In this document: piece by piece, positions 61,823-64,000 of the stretch
How positions within the stretch are numbered: position 1 is the stretch's first letter
How the letters are laid out: each line of letters starts with the position of its first letter
DNA from: Deltaproteobacteria bacterium
Lineage (GTDB): Bacteria > Desulfobacterota > GWC2-55-46 > JADFVP01
DNA: 64,000 nucleotides
Assembly (NCBI GenBank): GCA_029262515.1
Contig: JAJCZH010000020.1
Coordinates: 65,457 to 129,456 of the forward strand
Direction of reading: 5' to 3'
Position numbers and translations under genes: made by a program
The notes under the pieces: model-generated
What the model was told of the DNA's origin: nothing
The model's input: only the letters and a program-made list of their open reading frames with translations
Databases searched by the model: none

Positions 61823-62949
61823 ACCTCCGCTTCTTCCACCTCCTGCTGTAACCCGTCGGCAAGGTCCGCAACTACCGCGGCGAGCTTGCCGGTAGCCTCA
61901 AATACCTTAAGCTGCCTCTGTGCACCAGTACCGTGCTCGAGTATATCCAACACACCCTTCAACTCATTATCCGCACCGAGCTCTTTAGCCTCCGGGGTTA
62001 CGGTATCAACCACAAAACCGATAGCCTCCTTTGCGCTCACAACCGAGCCGCCGTCTTTTACAAGAAAATTCCCCTCAATGCCGTACCTGCAAGCGCGCCA
62101 CTTGTTCTCTCTGGTGACAAAAGAGTGCGGGCGCTCAAATGGTACGCCGGAATCGTACTCGTCGCTCAGCTTCTTAACGATAGACTGAATGAGCGCGGCA
62201 ATGGCGAGCACGTCCTTCAGGCACATAGGTATATCGCAAACCCTGACCTCTACAGTACCGAAGTCCGGGTGCGGCCTGATATCCCACCACAGTTCGCGTA
62301 TGGTATCTATAACGCCGGTGGCTATATACTTTTCAACCACATTGGTATAATCGGCCCAGTCATGAAAGTAAAACGGGAGACCAGCCGTAGGAAGCGTCTC
62401 AAAAACCTTCGTCCTATACGACCTCAACCCGGTCTTCTGACCCTGCCAGAACGGCGAGTTGGCCGAAACAGCGAGCAGGTGCGGCAGGTAATAGAGCATC
62501 CGATTCATCACATAAATGCACTTCTCGGCATTATTTACGCCGACATGGACGTGAAGGCCAAAGATATTAAACCTGCGCCCGACCATCTGGAGCTTGTCTA
62601 GCAGTTGATGGTACCTCTCGGAATCCGTAACCTCTTGCTCTCTCCACAGAGAGAACGGGTGGGTGGACGAAAGGCACAGGCGCGTATTATGCTGCTTTGC
62701 CGCCGCAATGACGGCAACGAGCTTTTTATGCAAATCGGCCCCGGCCTCGGCAACGGAGCCACTCTTGGCGCTTACTATCTCTACATTAGACCCCATAAGC
62801 TCGTGCTTGACAAACTCGGTATGAGAGTCGAGCGAGCCGAGCACCTCTGAACAGCGAGAGACAAGCGCATTGCTTTGAGCGTCTACAAGCTGAACTTCGA
62901 GTTCGATCCCAACCGTAAAGTCAGGGGATTCATTAAAGTTTATCTTCAT
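61819..62949 (-). CDS. carboxylate-amine ligase, glutamate--cysteine ligase family 2 (YbdK-like)
   Basis: GCS2 family with MKINFNESPDFTVGIELEVQLVD. The start is taken at the ATG at 62949. It overlaps the ggt start by 4 nt. Confidence 0.82.
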   Translation of the reverse strand: MKINFNESPDFTVGIELEVQLVDAQSNALVSRCSEVLGSLDSHTEFVKHELMGSNVEIVSAKSGSVAEAGADLHKKLVAVIAAAKQHNTRLCLSSTHPFSLWREQEVTDSERYHQLLDKLQMVGRRFNIFGLHVHVGVNNAEKCIYVMNRMLYYLPHLLAVSANSPFWQGQKTGLRSYRTKVFETLPTAGLPFYFHDWADYTNVVEKYIATGVIDTIRELWWDIRPHPDFGTVEVRVCDIPMCLKDVLAIAALIQSIVKKLSDEYDSGVPFERPHSFVTRENKWRACRYGIEGNFLVKDGGSVVSAKEAIGFVVDTVTPEAKELGADNELKGVLDILEHGTGAQRQLKVFEATGKLAAVVADLADGLQQEVEEAEV

Positions 62950-63137
62950 AACCGACCTGTCGGCCTGCACTTCAGGCCCTGAGATAAGAGAGCGTTAACA
63001 TTACAATAAGAAGCAACCGGGAAATTTAAAATTACCATCTATAACAACACAAATCAACTCCGTTGCCAACCTCTTGCCCACCTTTCCATCAGGCTCCGGC
63101 GGTTTCCGTCAAAGAAAAGAGGTGCAACAATAGGTTT

Positions 63138-63167
63138 TTGACATTGCTGCCCGAAAAAGGGTATAAA
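63138..63167 (+). promoter_or_regulatory. sigma70-like promoter upstream of the 47-aa ORF
   Basis: TTGACA, an 18-nt spacer, then TATAAA. Confidence 0.4.
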
Positions 63168-63278
63168 AGCAGTGTAGAGGCAGGCTCGAACAGAGACCGG
63201 CATAAACAAGACCCTTCGATATAATATCAGATTCAAACGGAACAGAAACCGTATAAGTTGAACAGAGGATGGAGTGAG

Positions 63279-63422
63279 ATGCCAGAGCAGAGTACGGAAG
63301 CGCTAATGGATAGCATTATGAACTGGCTCTCGGACCCTATTGTGGTTCTTATACTGTCGTTCATGGCCACGGGTTTCGTAATTCGCAGAGTCAGCCGTTT
63401 TCTCGAAAGCCGAAAAAAGTAG
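63279..63422 (+). CDS. 47-aa single-TM mini-protein, not in the ORF track
   Basis: SD-like GGATGGAGTGAG sits 2 nt before the ATG. The protein is MPEQSTEALMDSIMNWLSDPIVVLILSFMATGFVIRRVSRFLESRKK and the gene is followed by a terminator. Confidence 0.55.
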   Translation: MPEQSTEALMDSIMNWLSDPIVVLILSFMATGFVIRRVSRFLESRKK

Positions 63423-63424
63423 TA

Positions 63425-63456
63425 CCGTGCGTACGGCACAGCGTTCGCTGTTTTTA
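63425..63456 (+). terminator. intrinsic terminator after the 47-aa ORF
   Basis: Tandem small hairpins (CCGT-gcgt-ACGG, CAGCG-tt-CGCTG) followed by TTTTT. Confidence 0.5.
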
Positions 63457-63520
63457 TTGAGCGAGAACCCCGTGGCCGGTTGATAGCTGTTAGATACGCA
63501 AACCACAAAAATCGATAATC

Positions 63521-63790
63521 GCCCACCGCAGGTGCGCTGCCCGAACGGGTACTCTCCGCACATCTAACTTCCATTTGGTACATAATAACCTACCGAATAC
63601 CACCCACCGCAGGTGCGCAAGAGTAGTGCTATGCTGTACGCTATTAGGCGATGTACCAACAGGATACTGCCCTCTGCAAGAGTGGTGCTATGCTGTACGG
63701 CATATATCGAGTAGTTGTTGCATAGTGCAATACTAAAAAATGTCTCTTACTGCATCTTGTCATCCGCAGGAGTGCAAGAGTTACTCGCTC
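63521..63790. repeat. non-coding stretch with interspersed imperfect repeats (CCACCGCAGGTGCGC x2, GCAAGAGT x3, GTGCTATGCTGTACG x2)
   Basis: Read directly from the sequence. The spacing is irregular and the stretch lies between convergent small genes. Confidence 0.5.
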
Positions 63791-63903
63791 AACCCCATCG
63801 GCTCATTACAACAGACAAGCTCTCCACCGCCGGCCTTGGTAACCAGCACTTCATTGCCGCAGATACTGCAGACGTACTTCTCTCCCTCATTCTTTACATG
63901 CAT
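63781..63903 (-). CDS. desulforedoxin-like rubredoxin-type Fe(Cys)4 mini-protein (40 aa), not in the ORF track
   Basis: Minus-strand GGAGGGTG sits 8 nt before the ATG. The protein is MHVKNEGEKYVCSICGNEVLVTKAGGGELVCCNEPMGLSE and matches the desulforedoxin CxxC...CC signature. Confidence 0.6.
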   Translation of the reverse strand: MHVKNEGEKYVCSICGNEVLVTKAGGGELVCCNEPMGLSE

Positions 63904-64000
63904 ACCGACACCCTCCATGTTTTAGGTTTTCTACAGTATCTCAATATCCCCTGAAGTACTCAAGGACAATTTCGCCCCTTCTTTTCCCCATTCTTTTAAA

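Noticed and set aside
63233-63583. 116-aa and 86-aa minus-strand ORFs
   Set aside because: They are antisense to the well-signalled 47-aa plus-strand gene and its terminator. No RBS is present, and they cross the repeat region.
63500-63800. Possible CRISPR array
   Set aside because: The repeats are short, imperfect, of different kinds and irregularly spaced. There are no uniform repeat-spacer units and no cas genes.

Overview
This 64 kb window is a chromosomal segment in which nearly every gene lies on the minus strand. From the gene content (multiheme c-type cytochromes, a desulforedoxin-like mini-protein, a zur-znuACB operon, tandem B12/radical-SAM genes next to RNase E/G) I infer an anaerobic, Geobacter/Desulfuromonadales-like metal-reducing bacterium. 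No database search was possible, so this taxonomy is an inference. The first ~45 kb is conserved core genes. These include a partial PocR-sensor gene, secF-secD-yajC-tgt-queA, a SpoIID/LytB lipoprotein, DUF2065 and two class I cytochromes c. Next come a zur-znuA-znuC-znuB zinc uptake operon, an Rne/Rng ribonuclease with a ~258 aa arginine-rich disordered N-terminus, and two tandem B12-binding radical SAM paralogs, one fused to DUF2344. A complete 16-gene dcw cluster (mraZ to ftsZ) follows, with MraZ-box direct repeats upstream. After it are an adenylate cyclase plus a TPR lipoprotein, RNase P RNA, an RNase HI-family protein, a COG1579 zinc-ribbon protein, tRNA-Met(CAU) and an 873 aa DHH-CBS-CCA/polyA nucleotidyltransferase fusion. 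The accessory part, 47.0-56.1 kb, is a co-oriented nine-gene cluster. It encodes five multiheme c-type cytochromes with 6, 4, 11, 4 and 7 CxxCH motifs, two beta-propeller proteins (NHL, PQQ-like) and two HAMP-only two-TM membrane proteins. It is bounded by tRNA-Met and tRNA-Cys. I regard it as the best candidate for an undescribed extracellular or periplasmic electron-transfer and redox-sensing module. The window ends with a malic enzyme, an IscA/ErpA-family protein, and a GCS2-GGT-M20 amidohydrolase operon. After these come a strongly expressed 47-aa membrane mini-protein, a repeat-rich non-coding stretch and a 40-aa desulforedoxin-like gene. The last two small genes are absent from the ORF track.
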